Assembly (NCBI GenBank): GCA_051294905.1
Contig: CM119371.1
Span: forward strand, 28,708,001-28,772,000
DNA length: 64,000 nt
Reading direction: 5' to 3'
Origin: Botryllus schlosseri
Lineage: Eukaryota
Part shown: positions 13,201-28,200 of the stretch, piece after piece
Layout: each line of letters begins with the position of its first letter
How positions within the stretch are numbered: position 1 is the stretch's first letter
The notes under the pieces: model-generated
What the model was told of the DNA's origin: nothing
Seen by the model: the letters and a program-made list of their open reading frames with translations, nothing else
The model's database searches: none
Translations under genes and position numbers: made by a program

Positions 13201-16200
13201 GAACTTCAGGTCAAATCGAACATGCTCTCAGAGCTATACTATGTTACTTCACGACGTTCTGAATGAGTTTAAAATTTGATATTTGAGAGTTATTTTATTT
13301 TATCAACGGTCAAGCCTTCAACATATTGCATCTTGAAATTTTATTATAAAATTGCAAAATACCTCGCGGACCGGCTGGAAAGTCGTTGCGGACCGGCGGT
13401 CGAGAACCACTGTTCTATGCTACACATTCTGATTCACACAGGACTGCGCCTACCTCGAAATCTTGTACATTCCCTCTGTGAAACTGGTCGAAATTAGTTC
13501 CGTGCGAACTCATAAGACAGAGTGATTCTGGAAATAGACATATTTGATGATGATAAATTGACTGCAGCTACGACAGAAGCGAATTGAATATGAATACTTC
13601 GAAAGCTCATCTGACCATTCTTCTTTCATCAAAACGGTAGGCCTACTTTTTGATAAAAATATACGCACATATCCCAGCTTAGTACCGTTGATGTACCACA
13701 TTGTGTCCGCACGTATGTATTAGCACACACGTCTTGTGAGTTGTTGGAGTGATAGGGATTAGGCTAGTCGATGCAGCTGTTTTTTGTATTTTAGTTTGGT
13801 CATTTATTGCGGTATTTAACCTATGAATAAATGCAAAGTTGCACATGATCAAATTTCAAATTGAAAGTATATGACATTTTCAAATTTGAGGTAATGAAAT
13901 TTATGCATAGCTATCATCAGGGTGAACTGACACTATATTTTGACAATCTGTTCAAGATGCCTTCAGATACCCACCAACATCATACCGGATTTCTTCCAAC
14001 TTGTCTCTGTCTGTGCAACACCACTCTACCAGTCTTGTACAAAATTCAATCAGTTTTAATGGTGTTAATGTTTGGAATAAGCTGCCATCTACTCTCTGGG
14101 ATTTAGACTCTTGCGCTTTTAAAAAACAATGTTTGCATTCTCTTATCTCTAACTACCGCTAAATTGTATTTGCATTGAATTTCCAATTGGTCCATGTTTT
14201 TCTTTTCGTTCGTAAATTTTATTTTTAGTTATCGGCTGTGAAAATTGCTCCTGTGCTGGGTGGCTCGGCTCTGAAGACTTTGTCAAATCGAGCCTCCCGT
14301 CTACCTTGCATGTCGGATTTCACTGTTACATTTTTGTAGTGTAATGTTGATATGTAATGTATACGAATAAAGATTCTCTTTCTCTCATTTATTGCAACGT
14401 CAATTTTTGGTTCAACCACGCTAACAAACATCTAAAACTCATGGGCAGGTGCCAGTTTGTTATCTGATCAAATATTAAACACAATAATGTCACTCACCGA
14501 CAAGACGAGATTGTGACTTCAACGATATCTAAATAACAAATGTCAAAGTCAGTACGAAAATAATATCCCGGTATTGGCATGTAAGAGAACATAATATAGA
14601 ATCGAAGAAGATATCGAGTTTTTCAAGTCCCTGTGAATAACAGCATATCCTGGCAGAAGGTATGGAGCAAGGAGTAGGCACAGCACTCCAAACAGCACTA
14701 CCATTGCCAAAAGGTAAGGTAAATCACACAGGAATGGTGTTTCAAACGAAAACATCACATTAATACTAGCCATATATAGAAAGAGATACAGCAGGTTCTT
14801 ACCGCGATTTTTGATTCCGCATCAACTCTGCAAACTGTAACAAGAAGTCGTGCAGTTCAATCACTGCTAAACTGCAATTAACTGTCCGACAATTTACGTT
14901 TCTCAAATGTGTGATTGAGTCAAAATCTTTGAGAACAACAGGTTTCTTCTATCATATGCTAGCAGACTTGGTACTCAATTACGTGTGATCTCATAGATTT
15001 CACCTTAAGTACCGTTCAAGTAGTGTAAAAAAGTTGATTTGATCTAGGGGTCGCATACTTTTAGAAGGTAATCGAAGATTTCTACTTCTGAAATTTCAAA
15101 GCGGATCTTTGCGAATAGTGACTATTATTATAATGACTATTGACACTACAATAGGTAAAATTTTAGAAACCAAATTCAGTTACAATTGAATAGTATATTC
15201 ATGTGGAAATGAACCCGAATATTATCGGATGACACACGTCAGGGGTAATCGTCAGCAACTAGTAGAGAATTGGACAGAACATTTGTACATCAACAATCGT
15301 ATCACGAAATATGACGTCATAGGAATGAAATTTCGAACAATCAGGGCATAGAGAGCGCTTAAGCTCAATATAACTATTTTTAGATGATACATGAATTTCT
15401 TCTGCCGGCAGAGGCTTGGTTGGCGTATTTTGATATACAGCTACCATACCAGGAAAAGATTGAAATTCTACTACTTGTTGGTAGTGGGAATGGTAGTATA
15501 ATCTCAGTACTCGAACAAATAAATTCTCACTACCCGACTCATTACAATTAACGCTCTATTCGGATTACATTACTCTAATAATTGAGCCCAGCCCTAATCT
15601 TGTGTATGTCAATCAAAGGTACATCATAGTTTTATCAAGCTATCCGGGTTTCACACTACATTCAATCCAACTTTGAGTACATCTCAAACGTGACGTTTTC
15701 CATTTCCATGCCAAGCATAGGCGTGGACATCACTAATCACCATGGACCTGGGTATAATTTCACAATATCACCTCGTCAACTACATCTCCATAGTAAACAT
15801 AAAAGGATTACCTGATTTCAGAGAATCAAACTGGTCAAATCGATTGCTCCACCTGTAAGCAGAACACTTTTACAATCAGGGGCAATATTCCGCATCACAG
15901 GGTGGAACTGTCACAGATATTCTTCACCGGTATGACACATAATATTCAACTATCAACAGTTTCAAGCCCTATGAAAAGCATATTCTAGTGTTTTATCCAG
16001 AAAAATTTGAGAAACATAAGTATGAGGTTTAAATCCTGCTGCAACCATACTGAGACGGCTGCGTTTCAACGGTAAAGGCTGGCAATTTCTTTATCGACAT
16101 TGTGCAGAAAGGTATGGCGAATGCACCAAAAACAACTGTTTTCAGTCGAAAAATTAATATTTTGTGTCATTTCATTGAAAGTATTTCGGATCTGCACAAA

Positions 16201-19200
16201 AATATGATGCTATTGTAGTTGACAACACTACAGGACTTCTTTCCAACTAGAAAATACCGTTGTATAAAATCAAAGCTTGCACACATAGAGCAGTAGTGTC
16301 ACAGGGTGAGTAGGTCCAAAATCAGCTGTTTTAGTGTTATTTTGCTGAAAAATCTTTTAGCTACACATAAAAAAATGCCTTCATCACATTTGAGAATGCT
16401 TCACGATTTTTTTCAACTACAACATATCCTATTATGAAAGCTGAGGCACATGGTGATTCCCCGGAATTTACGGCAACGAGACAGAAATATGCTAGTCAAC
16501 AGTGGCCGAATACTAGAGTACAAGGATAACAGGGTTGCGATGATCATTCGCAATATTCAACCATTTCAGTGAAAAACAGAAAAAAGATAATCTCGCCATG
16601 GATAAGACCAATCCCAACATTGTAAAAAGAACCGTAGGGGCAAGAAATAGCGATAGCAATAAGTTTATGCGTAAGCAGTAACCGAATGAACTTCAGATTC
16701 CAAACTCACCAAGTATCCAGCTGCCCAGAGCATAATTGCTTTGCGGTGATGCCGGATAAATGTAATACTTTCTCCTGTTCTTTCAACAGGTCGCTACGTA
16801 AAGCGTCTGTAGTTCTGATACTCTTTTCTGCCTGTAACAATGCAATCGCACCAATTTGTGGTGTACTCACTATCAATGTCTCAACAACGGGATAAAATGC
16901 CCAGCGTTAATGGGACACTTCACTGCAAATGATTTTCTCTCACTTTATAAATGTCTTATTGACACTTTTCGCCATAATGCATTGTTGATGGTACTTAAAT
17001 GTGGCTATGTAAACAACATGCAATTGCTCGAGACATGCATGTGTATGTAAAACACATCTTCCTTAACATGGCAGTCTAAAACCCATAACATACAGGTATT
17101 AATCAGCACAGTCACGAAGCCTTACCAAGTTCCGCCAGTAGGCAGCATCACATTTCTCCTCTTCACATTCGGCATTCAACGAATGGTTTTGGCTTTGCTG
17201 CTTTTCCGGTTCGGCTAAAATTCAAACAGAGATCATCGGCACAATGGCCACGACCAAGGACTTGACAGCGAAACGCATCACAAGCAGTGTTAGGCGAGAT
17301 CTCGATATTACCAAGCTTAAGAATCGGAACAATCACCACATTGGTATTGCATCCAGTTTACAGAGAATCACAAAGACATTCCTATCTCTGCTGAAAATTA
17401 TAAGAACTGTACTGATCGTTTGTGACTAATCACTAAGCATATCACAATTTTTTATGATACAGAACAGTAGTATGTTAATCACTAAAACTGATCCAATCCA
17501 TCAATTGTTTTGAGTTCTTTCCTTAACATACAAGAATGGCCGACATGGATACATAGTATTACAAGTAAGTCTAATGAGCCAGGTGCACATAAAGTATCTT
17601 ACTGGCAGAATGGTCAACTATAATACACTCGGGTTAACTTATACTATGTAATGTGCATTGTTTGTGAGCTGTTGAAAAGCAAATGAATCCAGTGTCACTA
17701 GAACGGCTGGGCGCAATAAAATATCTGGGTGATTTGATTCTGAATAGATTATAAGGCTTCAGGTTGAGTATTTGAATGCCACTCATTACGTCGTCATAAC
17801 AGTATGGAAGATTTTGAAAGTTCAAATACGAATCTTATATGCGATTAAAAATAAAATAATGCCAGTTTTATAGGACTAAGATAACTTGGTATTTTTGATC
17901 ATCGATTTATTGTGCTTCGCAAAAATGTTGGGGATGTATAGCAACGTCATAGAAATGCCGTTTCTACAAATGCAGGTACCTTAGTGCTGTATGTTTTGGA
18001 TGCTGTGATATGAGCGATCGAGCTCTCAAGGCATTGACGGGAAGGAAGTATCGATACAATAATTCTTGTTGATAAAAAAATCTTTCGAGGTAAGAGGTAT
18101 AAAATTGTAGTACTCAATAGCATTATTTCTCACTGCTCGACTCACTGCAAATAATACTGGATTTGGATTCGACTACTCAAATCGCTGGGCTCAGCCCTAC
18201 TCTCGAGTTGAGTGGTTTTCAAACCTTAAGTTAATCGCACATCCCTCAAATTACCGTGGTTGACAAATGTGTGGAGCAAAGATCGATACGGGTAATATGA
18301 CACGGTTTCTTTGCTATTAATTCTTTTATTCAGGGCTTTACTAAATAGTTCTTCAATAAAACTTAATCTCACGATATTCTGTGGTTGCCGATCTGAAATA
18401 AAGCAATTCTACAATTTCGCATGCATGCATCACATATTTCTTATTACGCAAAACCAATTACCTTTTTACATATGGATTTTGCATACTATAAAGTAGATTA
18501 TGGATAGGTTTGCATCACTTTTACGGGTAAATTGGCCATGACAGCGGAATAAAAAAGCCCCTGTATCGCAGGAGCTGAATATTTTTGAGAAGAACACCTA
18601 TTTCCGTTGTCATTAGTCATTTTGTGATAGCCATGATGATGCAACTTCCTATTTCAAAATAAGCCCACCTCCAAATGACTACTATGAGTATGCAGCCCCT
18701 CGACCAAACTTCTTGGAGAAGTACTTACTCTCCCGTTCTACTTCAACTTGCAGTGATTATCTTGAAATTTGCTACATCTAACTTAGTCGTGATTAGCTGC
18801 TTTAAACACATCTGTATTTGACAAATTAGCAAGAGTCAAAGCACTCGCTACCCTGAATCCTTTGCCAATTTGCTCTAATTACACTCGCTATTTCAAATGC
18901 ATGTAATTCCACGTATTATCCTACGCCTTGTTGTGCTTCTGATATACCCGCAAGCTATCTTTTATCATCAATGTCAGGAAAATATCTGAAAAACCAACCA
19001 CTCTATGATCCCTTCATTGAGAATCTTAATCTGTACCATGCCAGAAGTACGATGATATATCACCACCGCTACCTTGCAATTGCACACCATAGCATCAACA
19101 AAGTTTTATTATCACTGTATTGTGCCAAAATATCAATAAACAACGACACAATGTGGTGAAACCTAGACGCAAAGTATGGGAGTTTCCAGTTGAGATCAGA

Positions 19201-22200
19201 GCTGAGCACTAGAAAGTAGATGAGGCCGCTACTTTGAGACCTCTACGTCACCACAGATAAACAATTGTATAATAAAGTTCTCCAAGAAGAAGTTCCTGAA
19301 AAGAAGATAAGTCTAAAAATGAACAGAAGTTCACAATAAGAGAAGTCCACAAGAAGAAGAGAATTCAAAACTAAAACAGAGATTCACAAAAAATACACAA
19401 GACCGTCGTCAAACATGCGCCCAACACCCTCAATGGCGGGGTGTCAGCAGTGTCCCAGACGTCTAGGTTTTGCCTCTGCGTCTCCGGCACACATAGCGAC
19501 ATGCACGTGGGGCAGCCCAGTTTGCTGTCAAAAGGATCTGAGAAGCCCTCAGCTTGATACTCAGGCCCATAACGGCTATCGCGTGACACCCGAGTCCTCG
19601 GAGAAAGGTCCCGCGGCCTAACACCATTGTTCAGTGACACGCCACTGGGTTTAGCAGAGAGTGTTGGTCGTCTTTCCGTCTTCTTAGCATGAGTGGCTGC
19701 TCCAGCTCGACGATTGGTGATTCGCGAAGATCTTTCACGGCGGGAGACTATGATTCAAAATTTGACGGGCTAGAATCTCTCTATATAAGGTACAAAACGA
19801 AGTGTCCGGTACCTGTAATCGGCGCCCGACTTGCCTTTGCGATATATCTGACTTGAATTATTTATTACTGTCCAGTATCTCTACCGTGACTTTTTACAAC
19901 TACGGAGGCAACGAACTATCAAACTTTTATGGGGAATAGTAATATATCAAAATGTTGTAGCTTGCGTTGCGTATTTAGCTACCTAAGTAGGTCGGTATGG
20001 CAACCATTGGCATTCTGTTGCCCCATGATGTTGCTTATAGTTATAGTTACATATCGCGTCCGCTCGGGACTCTTTATGCATGTTATTATCGCCAATTAAG
20101 GTGGCGAGTTGAGAACAGCTACGCTCTACAGCTGTATCATCAATGGATTCTTCGGCGATCGGACATTTTTATTACTATGGCATATTAATCATTAGATTCA
20201 AGTTGTTATTGATATGTTCCAATATTCAAAGGTAAATCTAACACTGATTCGATATGACTTCGGTAATGACATGATCAATAGCTTAGTTATCAGGAGTATA
20301 CCTGAAACCGTGATCAGGCAGTACTGCTCCAATCTTTATTAAATTCTAAAATATTCTACACATAATTGTGGCACGTCAAATTAAACGCTTTTACGATGTC
20401 ATGATGCATTTGTATTTTGCATGGTGTCTATTCCTAAATATTTCGACAAACTATACAAGTACAACAACAATCTTACTCAAAAATTTATAAATGAGATTTT
20501 TCGTGCCAGGTGTGAATTCAGAATAATAAATCACATTTTCACGATGCGTGTGGAACACCAGTCTACGAAGTCCCGTCAAATAAGGCCTACTTAGAAATCA
20601 TTGAATACCATTATTATTGGTGCTGCGGCCCCATCAAAAACTAGAAAATTGGTCCGCAAGCACATTAGAGTTTGAGACCCCTGATTTATAATGTATATAT
20701 AAGGTACCATAATCATCTTGGACTTGCGGCCACAACAATTCAACTTTGTCAGACCTGACTAGAATAGGCTTTGGTGTCCATGGAACGTTTCATCAACATA
20801 CCGAGCATGACTTAGCAAATGTTAAGTTACAAAAGCGTAAGATTTAACAAATGTAATGCGGTTAAACTACATACAAAATCCGGTAAGGCAGTATTGGCAA
20901 CATAGGCTATAAGGGAAATCGATTTATTTCTCTGTAATAGACACAGCTGGTGGTAGTATTGGCATTTTTATTTCTTGCTAGTTCTTTGAATCTTGGTTCT
21001 AAAGTGGTGAAGGTTTTCATCGGTCATAGAGATGCGAAAATCTATTTGAAAACATTGACTCGCGGATATAAGCTAGTAGATGTGAGTACAGCCAAACGCA
21101 GCGAGAATAAATACACCAAACCTTGTTTTTTAAAATCAGCGATAATGAATTTGGTTTTGTTAAGATGAAACCAGTAAATACCGAGACAGACTATGTCGGG
21201 ATTCGACATTGAAAATGTCCGCATTCAGACCGTGGTTTGTCAGTTGAGTAGCTCGGGTGTAACGCTTAATCATCATCCCCGGCACTTTGTCAGACTTTAA
21301 TAGACTAGGTTTTAATGTCCTCAATTATAATGTCCTGTAGGGGCCAGGTTTTATCGGGAGACTTCAATTTTATGTCTTACAAGTGTCCTGGTCTCAACGT
21401 TCTATCGGAAGACTCTGTCAGACCGAACTGTCCCTACAACGTTTCATTATCAACCAAGCCATGTCATTTTATTACGGGACTTTGTCAGACTTTACTAGAA
21501 TAGGTACCGTATACCTGAATCTACAGCATTTCATCAATATTACAGTAACGACGCTTCATCGGAAGATTTTGCCAGACTATAAATAATCACAATCTTCGAA
21601 GGCATATGCAGTTACCATGCCGCAGGGGCCATTTACCCGGTTCTTATGATTTGCATTTTGAAATATGAATTTGCTTTTCACAGGGACGTATTTGAACTGT
21701 ATGCTTACCTGGGCTAATCCACCGATGCGTTCTCTTGTAAAAGCGATCGAAGTGCCTCCAAAAAGTACTTTTCACTTGAAAAGATCAAGCAAGAAAAATT
21801 GAGTATATCTGCATGAAACCTGCTTAAGTGAAAGTAGCATGTAAATAAAAACACTCGAGTGATAAATACGAGTAGATAAAACTACTTTACTAGTTCAGTA
21901 AACAAGAAGATTTACCCCATTCATAATAAGATATGGCCTATGGGGGCGCTGAGTTTGAAACCCTGCGCCAAACAATACAAAACATGTTAATTCAGATCTG
22001 CTCACAGAAAAACGAACAAGTACATGAACAGACTTGTACAAACTATTGGGTTTTCAAAATGTGAAACTAGAACAAGAACTACTCCTTCTAAAACTTGCAA
22101 CTAGAACTGATGACGTTTGATATTTTGCAAATACCGAACTAATAAGGGATAGTACGAATGACTGAACTAGAAATGACCTAAGAAATATCGGAGAGAGAAT

Positions 22201-25200
22201 CGGAATGTCAAGGACGGGCTGTCGAGCATGAAATGGGAGGGGTTAATACCCCAAAACTCTCCCCCCGACTACGCTACTGTTGGTAGTGATGACTCTGGGC
22301 CCTAGCAATGGCTGCAAGAACATCACACAACAGGTCGCACGACTCACGACACATGTTTTCCAGCTGTTGTTTGGCAAGGTTCCGAGTCACAAGCCAATCA
22401 CACTCTTATAATTTTGACTCGAGTCAAGTCGAATCACTTTCAAGTCTGAGTCCAAGTCAGCGAGCAGAGGGTCGAGTCCGAGTCATGGTGTTTTGACTCG
22501 AGTCAGAGTCCGAGTCATTATGTTCAACGTTCAGTTTTCAGTTCAATCCACTTTCAACTCTGTAGTTATTTTCCCCAATCCTAACAGTTTCTGGCCCTAT
22601 TTTCCAAGTATCAGGACTGATAGACGAAATACCAATAATGTTGTAACTTTCAATACAACATCCATTGTAAAAGAATATTTATTTAACTCGAAGACTTTTT
22701 GGGTGCCTCTTTTCAAGAGTTAATCACAGGTATGTTGGACGTACATCTCAAAGATTGTTTGAGCGTATTAAGCAGCATATCCCCAAATTGATTCGGTCAA
22801 AAACATGCGCAAATACTCGCACGGAGCTTGCACGTCAGTGCAAATTGGCTGCCAAAACAGAAGACTGCTATGACGATTACCAAGCATATGCTTCGTCAAT
22901 TGGTCAGCATCTGAGTGAAAACCTCGCCTGCGCACAGCACTATAATGACAATATGTTCACTGTCAGTGCGCGTGGCAGATCTTTGTTTCATTTAAAAGTG
23001 TTGGAGTCTACTCCTATTCAGTTGAACAAGCCTATTTTATGCAGACAAAAAGATTTCCTCTGTAACCTACAAATTTCTCATTAGTGAGCGTTGTTTCGTG
23101 CGCATAACTGTTTATTTACAAATTGCGTTGCTACTATAGTACCGTATGTCCGTATACTTCTAGTTAGTTATTGTTGCCATTGGTACAATGCGAATTTCAT
23201 CGTCAGTATTTTGATTGTTGCGTCATACTTTGCCTTTTTGGTTTTGCTTTTAAATCTGTTTAAATCCCTTCAGTGTGCCGTTCTGTTTAAATCCCTTCAG
23301 TGTGCCGTTAACTCGTGATAAGAGGCACCCGAAAAGTCTTCGAGTTCAATAAATATTCTTTTACAATTGATGTTGTATTGGAAGCTATATTCTGTACCAC
23401 GAACCAGCTATTTTTAATGTGGTAGGTAACTCTACTATTATTCAAAGTTACAATGAAATGTCCGTCTTGGTCGTCCTAGTCTTGAGTAATATGATTATTA
23501 TTAAAACAATATCAATCGTAAGGCTAGTACCGTGCAACCGCGCAAGCTCAGCTTCAGCGCCGTTCTTCAGCTTAGCAAATTCATCTTGACGACTGCTCAA
23601 CTGCGCCAGTTCATCTTGCGCCAAATTCCATTTTTCGTAGACCTGCTGCAACTGTCGTACCAATCGAAGCACAACACAAAAGTTAGTCAGCAATCAGCAG
23701 GGATGCCCGAGGTAAATAACACCAGTTCTACATCAAAACAAAGATAACTTGCTAGTTATTCGACCATACCAATTTTATTCATACAATTGAATAGTGTATT
23801 CATATTGAAATAAACACAAATATTTTCGACTGACACTCGTCAGGGGTAATCGTCAGCAACTAGTAGAGAATTGGAAAGAACATTGTATATCAAGAATCGT
23901 ATCACAAAATATGACGTCACCAGCATGAAATTTCAAACGAGAGAGCGTTCAATGTACTATTTTCAGGTGATACACGAACTCCTTTTGTTGACGGAGTTTG
24001 GGTTGGTGTATTTTGATAAAAGTCGACTCCAAGGCACCCAAATGGAAGTGTGAACGGCCCCTCCCAACGGCGCGAAATCTGTCGTTGGGAGACGCGATTA
24101 CCCCTGACGAGTGTCAGCTGAAAATATTCGGGATCATTTCAATATGAATATACTATTGAATGGTATATTGAAGTTCTGTACCTCCAAGAAGCTCACGAAT
24201 TTTATTGCACAAATCTATAATTCTTGTATATAAATCAAAACAAGGAGCATATTATTTTCAGCACTACAAAAATAATCTCTCATCCCTCGACGCAAATCAT
24301 TAGAATTAATACTCGATTCAGATTCGAGTACTCAAATCACTGAGCACATCCCAATTAGTCAGTCAAGCAAAGTAATTTTATGACCTTAAATTTCTACTAA
24401 CACTGGAAGTACTGTTGTAAATCGCTAATTCTAGTTGTATTCCAATATAAATTTACAGTGTCACTCCTACTTGAGCACAAACGCTGACCAGCTTTGAGCA
24501 CATCTGACAAGTAATAAACAGTTCAACCATAACTGTGTATGTTGTAACCAAGTTGCGTTCAGCCTCACCTCATCCTCCCACGCTTCGATGACGAGCTTCT
24601 TCGTTTCATAGGACACTTTCAACGAGTGGTTATCGCATTTAAGTTGTCTCACTTCAGCTTAAATTTGAATGGAGATCGTCAGCGCAATAACAAGAACCAC
24701 AACGGAGGGGTGGTGCAAGACTTGAACAGCCTTACAAGGCTATTTCTGTACCTTCCTTATCTAGCCGCATTGGGGCTCTTCAAAAATCGAAACGATGTTC
24801 ACCAAATTTGGTTCAATTCCAGCCAGTGGAAGCGGAGTTATCGCCGTCGAAAAATTTGGATTATGAATAAAATAGTATTTACGGTGACCAATTCTTCAAT
24901 TATTTATTATAGCGGTGCCCACCGTAAATACTATTTTATTCAAATCCAAATTTTTCGACGGCAATAACTCCGCTTGTACTGGTTGGAATTCATCCAAATT
25001 TGGTGAACATCGTTTCTGTAGACAACCTAACACTTTCATGGGGTGAACAGAAAATTTTCAAATTTTTTGTTACTTATTTTTATATAATAAATAGAACCTT
25101 TCTTCTCCTATAGCAATGCGGCTACTGGTTGGAATTGAACCAAATTTGGTATGTAGGGTTAAATTAGGTAACCTAACAATTGTTTTTCAAGTAGCCAGTA

Positions 25201-28200
25201 CGATTTGAGAAAAAAAGTCATTTTTGAAGAGCCCTAAGCCGCATATGCACATGATGTACATGGTGACTCGACTTGACTCGAGTCAAAACTATAAAAGTGA
25301 GATTGACTTGTGACGTGGTTACAACCATGATACAATGTCCTAACCTGTCCTACGTAAACAAAGTCGCAAGGTTCCGAGTCACGGATCGTACAATTATAGT
25401 TTTGACAACAGTTAACTATTCGCTGACGATTACCCCCGACGAGTGTCAGTAGAAAATATTCGGGTTTATTTAACATGAATGCACTATTCAATTGTCTATT
25501 GAAGTTGTGCACCTCCAGGAAGCTCTTCAAAGTGTGAAAAGTAGTATCATCACAATAGGGACTGTGATTGCAATATGACTTGTCCTTCTGAACGCGAGCT
25601 TGAATCGTAACATGGCTCATTATTTTCAAAATTTAGACCCAAATTGCAAATCAACATTTTGCAAACTTGAGACTCGAATTGAAAGATGAACCATGCCGGA
25701 ATCATGACATGTATTGCAATTTACGAATTGTACACCGGCATATTTTTATTCTGTGGCACAGTCTACCAAGCCAATCCAAAAACAAATACAGCCGTCATGT
25801 AAGAGTACCTTGGGCAAGTTCAACAGCTTCATCCATGCCGCTTAGTTTTTCTTCCAGTTTCTCCACCTGTTCGGCAATCAGTCAAGACGATTAGTAAACC
25901 AGTAACAACCCATTTCAATGCAGACTTTCTTACACTACGAAGATCAAATCAATATTTAAGAAACAATGCTAATGTCAGAACGAAAAATGCATCAGTGATT
26001 TCAGTGAAGTAACAACAACTGCTTCACTGAGAATAACGATATGTTTAACATAGCTCAGGTGTCCAGATGAAAGGTTTCATTCCTGCCCAAAAACAGTAAA
26101 GGGTTGAAAGGCTGTTGTAATAAACCCTGCGGAGTTTTGAAAATGCGCCTCAAGCTAGATGCCACAACTAGAAAACCCTGTTCCACATTGAAGTTCATGC
26201 GTAAAGTCGGTTTGGTTTGATCCCGATAAAATAAAATTGAAAAAATTTCTTCAGAATTGAATCTACTTGGTTGGTTGCAGATTTTTAAATTTCTAGTTCT
26301 AGTTTGGAAAGGTCTGTCTGGTCGTAACCATTAGTAAGCATCATATTGAAGACACGAACAAGCGACTTCCGACAAACAAAATTCACAAACCTCTTCACAC
26401 TTTGCGCTATAAGCGGCGAGGTACAGCATGCAGTCAATCGTCTGTGATTCAGAGTCTCGCGTTTCCACCGAGACTGTTTGCGTCTCCGACTCGCACTGCG
26501 ATAGGTAGACGTAAGCGTATCAGTTCCAAAATATCACAACGGCATACTAGTTGGATGGTTCAGGAAATTGTCAGTCGTATATCAACAGAAAGTACGTATC
26601 CTCATTCATCAAGTAGGTTTTCTAGATTATAGAAAACACCGAGCCATTACTAGACATAGGCACATATTCTAATTGCATTGATCGAAGTCGAGCAGTTGAG
26701 AGACCATCTTTACCAGTGCTGATATTATACATCCGTTGCCCTCGATAGTTAAATCATCAACAAGAAACGCAGTTGACACAGCATTGTACAAAAATTAGAA
26801 TAATCGATGCGAACAGATGCCCCAAGCTCAAAGTTCTATTTTTAGAATTGGTGTATAATCTAAAAATACTGCATTGAGTTCAAGTTAAATCTTTGCCTAA
26901 ATTATTCGAATTTTCATGCCGGTGACGTCACATTTTGTGATACTATTGTTGATATACAAAGTTATTTCCAATTCTCTACTAGTTGCTCACGATCACCCCT
27001 GAGGAGTGTCAGTCGAAAATAGTTGGATCAATGTAAATATATTATTGGATAGTATACTCATATTGAAATGAACCCGAATATTTTCGGCTGACACTTGTCA
27101 GGGGTTATCATGCGCAACTCGTAGAGAATTGGAAAGAAAATTGTATATCAGCAAAACAATCATATCACAAAATGTGACGTCACCGGCATGAAATTTCGAA
27201 TAATCGGTGTTGCTCCCTCCTAGGGTTATGCAAGTGTTCTAATAAATCCATTCAATTGTATATGATGTTCTGTACCTCTAAGAAGTTGTAAATATATCAT
27301 TAAATCACCATCACACTCACGCAACACAATAGACATATTCGAAGAGCTTCTTGGAGGTAGAGAACTTCAATATACAATTGAATAGTATATTCATATTGAA
27401 ATGAACCCGAATGTTTTCGGCTGACACTCGTCAGGGACAATCGTCAGTAACTAGTAGAGAATTGGAAAGAACATTGTACATCAACAATCGTATCACAAAA
27501 TATGACGTCACCAACATGGAATTTCGTATAAAAGAGCGTTCAATGTACCATTTTTAGATGGTACACGAACTCCTTTTGTGTATACAGAAACAAGTATCTA
27601 CACAGAGCCACTAACCTCATGTAATTCCGTGCCATTCGTGTAAGAAAAAGAGAGATCGCCGGTCTGCGTATCGGACTCTCGCATTCCCACGGAAACAGTC
27701 TGCATCTCCGCCTCACACTGGGATTGATAAAAGCGCGCTTGACAGTTTCATAATGACACAGCGGTACACTGATCTCATAGTTTAATATTTATTTTTGCAG
27801 TTTTATTGCTTATATTCATTGTTAGACCGCTCCAGTTTTTTCGTCTGTTACTTTTCGTTCAGTAGTCTAGTTCTATTTATGGTTGCGCATTTTGAAAATC
27901 CAGAATTTGTATACGTCTACTACCGTTTTCATTGTGTCGCACACTCAAATGTCAGACAATAGCATGTCAAGATTCCTATTCAGGGTCTTTTCACAGCAAA
28001 ATTGTCAACATCCAACATATTTTCAAACAGTTGGCCGCAAATCAAGCGTATATGTGACGCTAGCAACGTAAAAACAAGCAACTAACGATAAACGAAAGCC
28101 ACAAACCTCGAGCGTTTTCACAGGATTTTTGCCGGACGCCGTAACGGTTTGTGTCTCTGCCTCGCGTACGTCGAACGAAGCATCTCCGTTGAAAGTAACA

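Noticed and set aside
14306..14323. Possible 18-nt symmetric microexon (VKSDMQ)
   Set aside because: No polypyrimidine tract, and it lies within a LINE 3' UTR fragment.
14549..14773. Hydrophobic 74-aa minus-strand ORF in intron 24 as an alternative TM-encoding terminal exon
   Set aside because: Read-through from exon 24 is in another frame and stops after 15 codons; I found no convincing in-phase acceptor.
19152..19898. TG...CA-bounded, GC-richer stretch as a solo LTR
   Set aside because: No matching 4-6 bp TSD and no second copy in the window.
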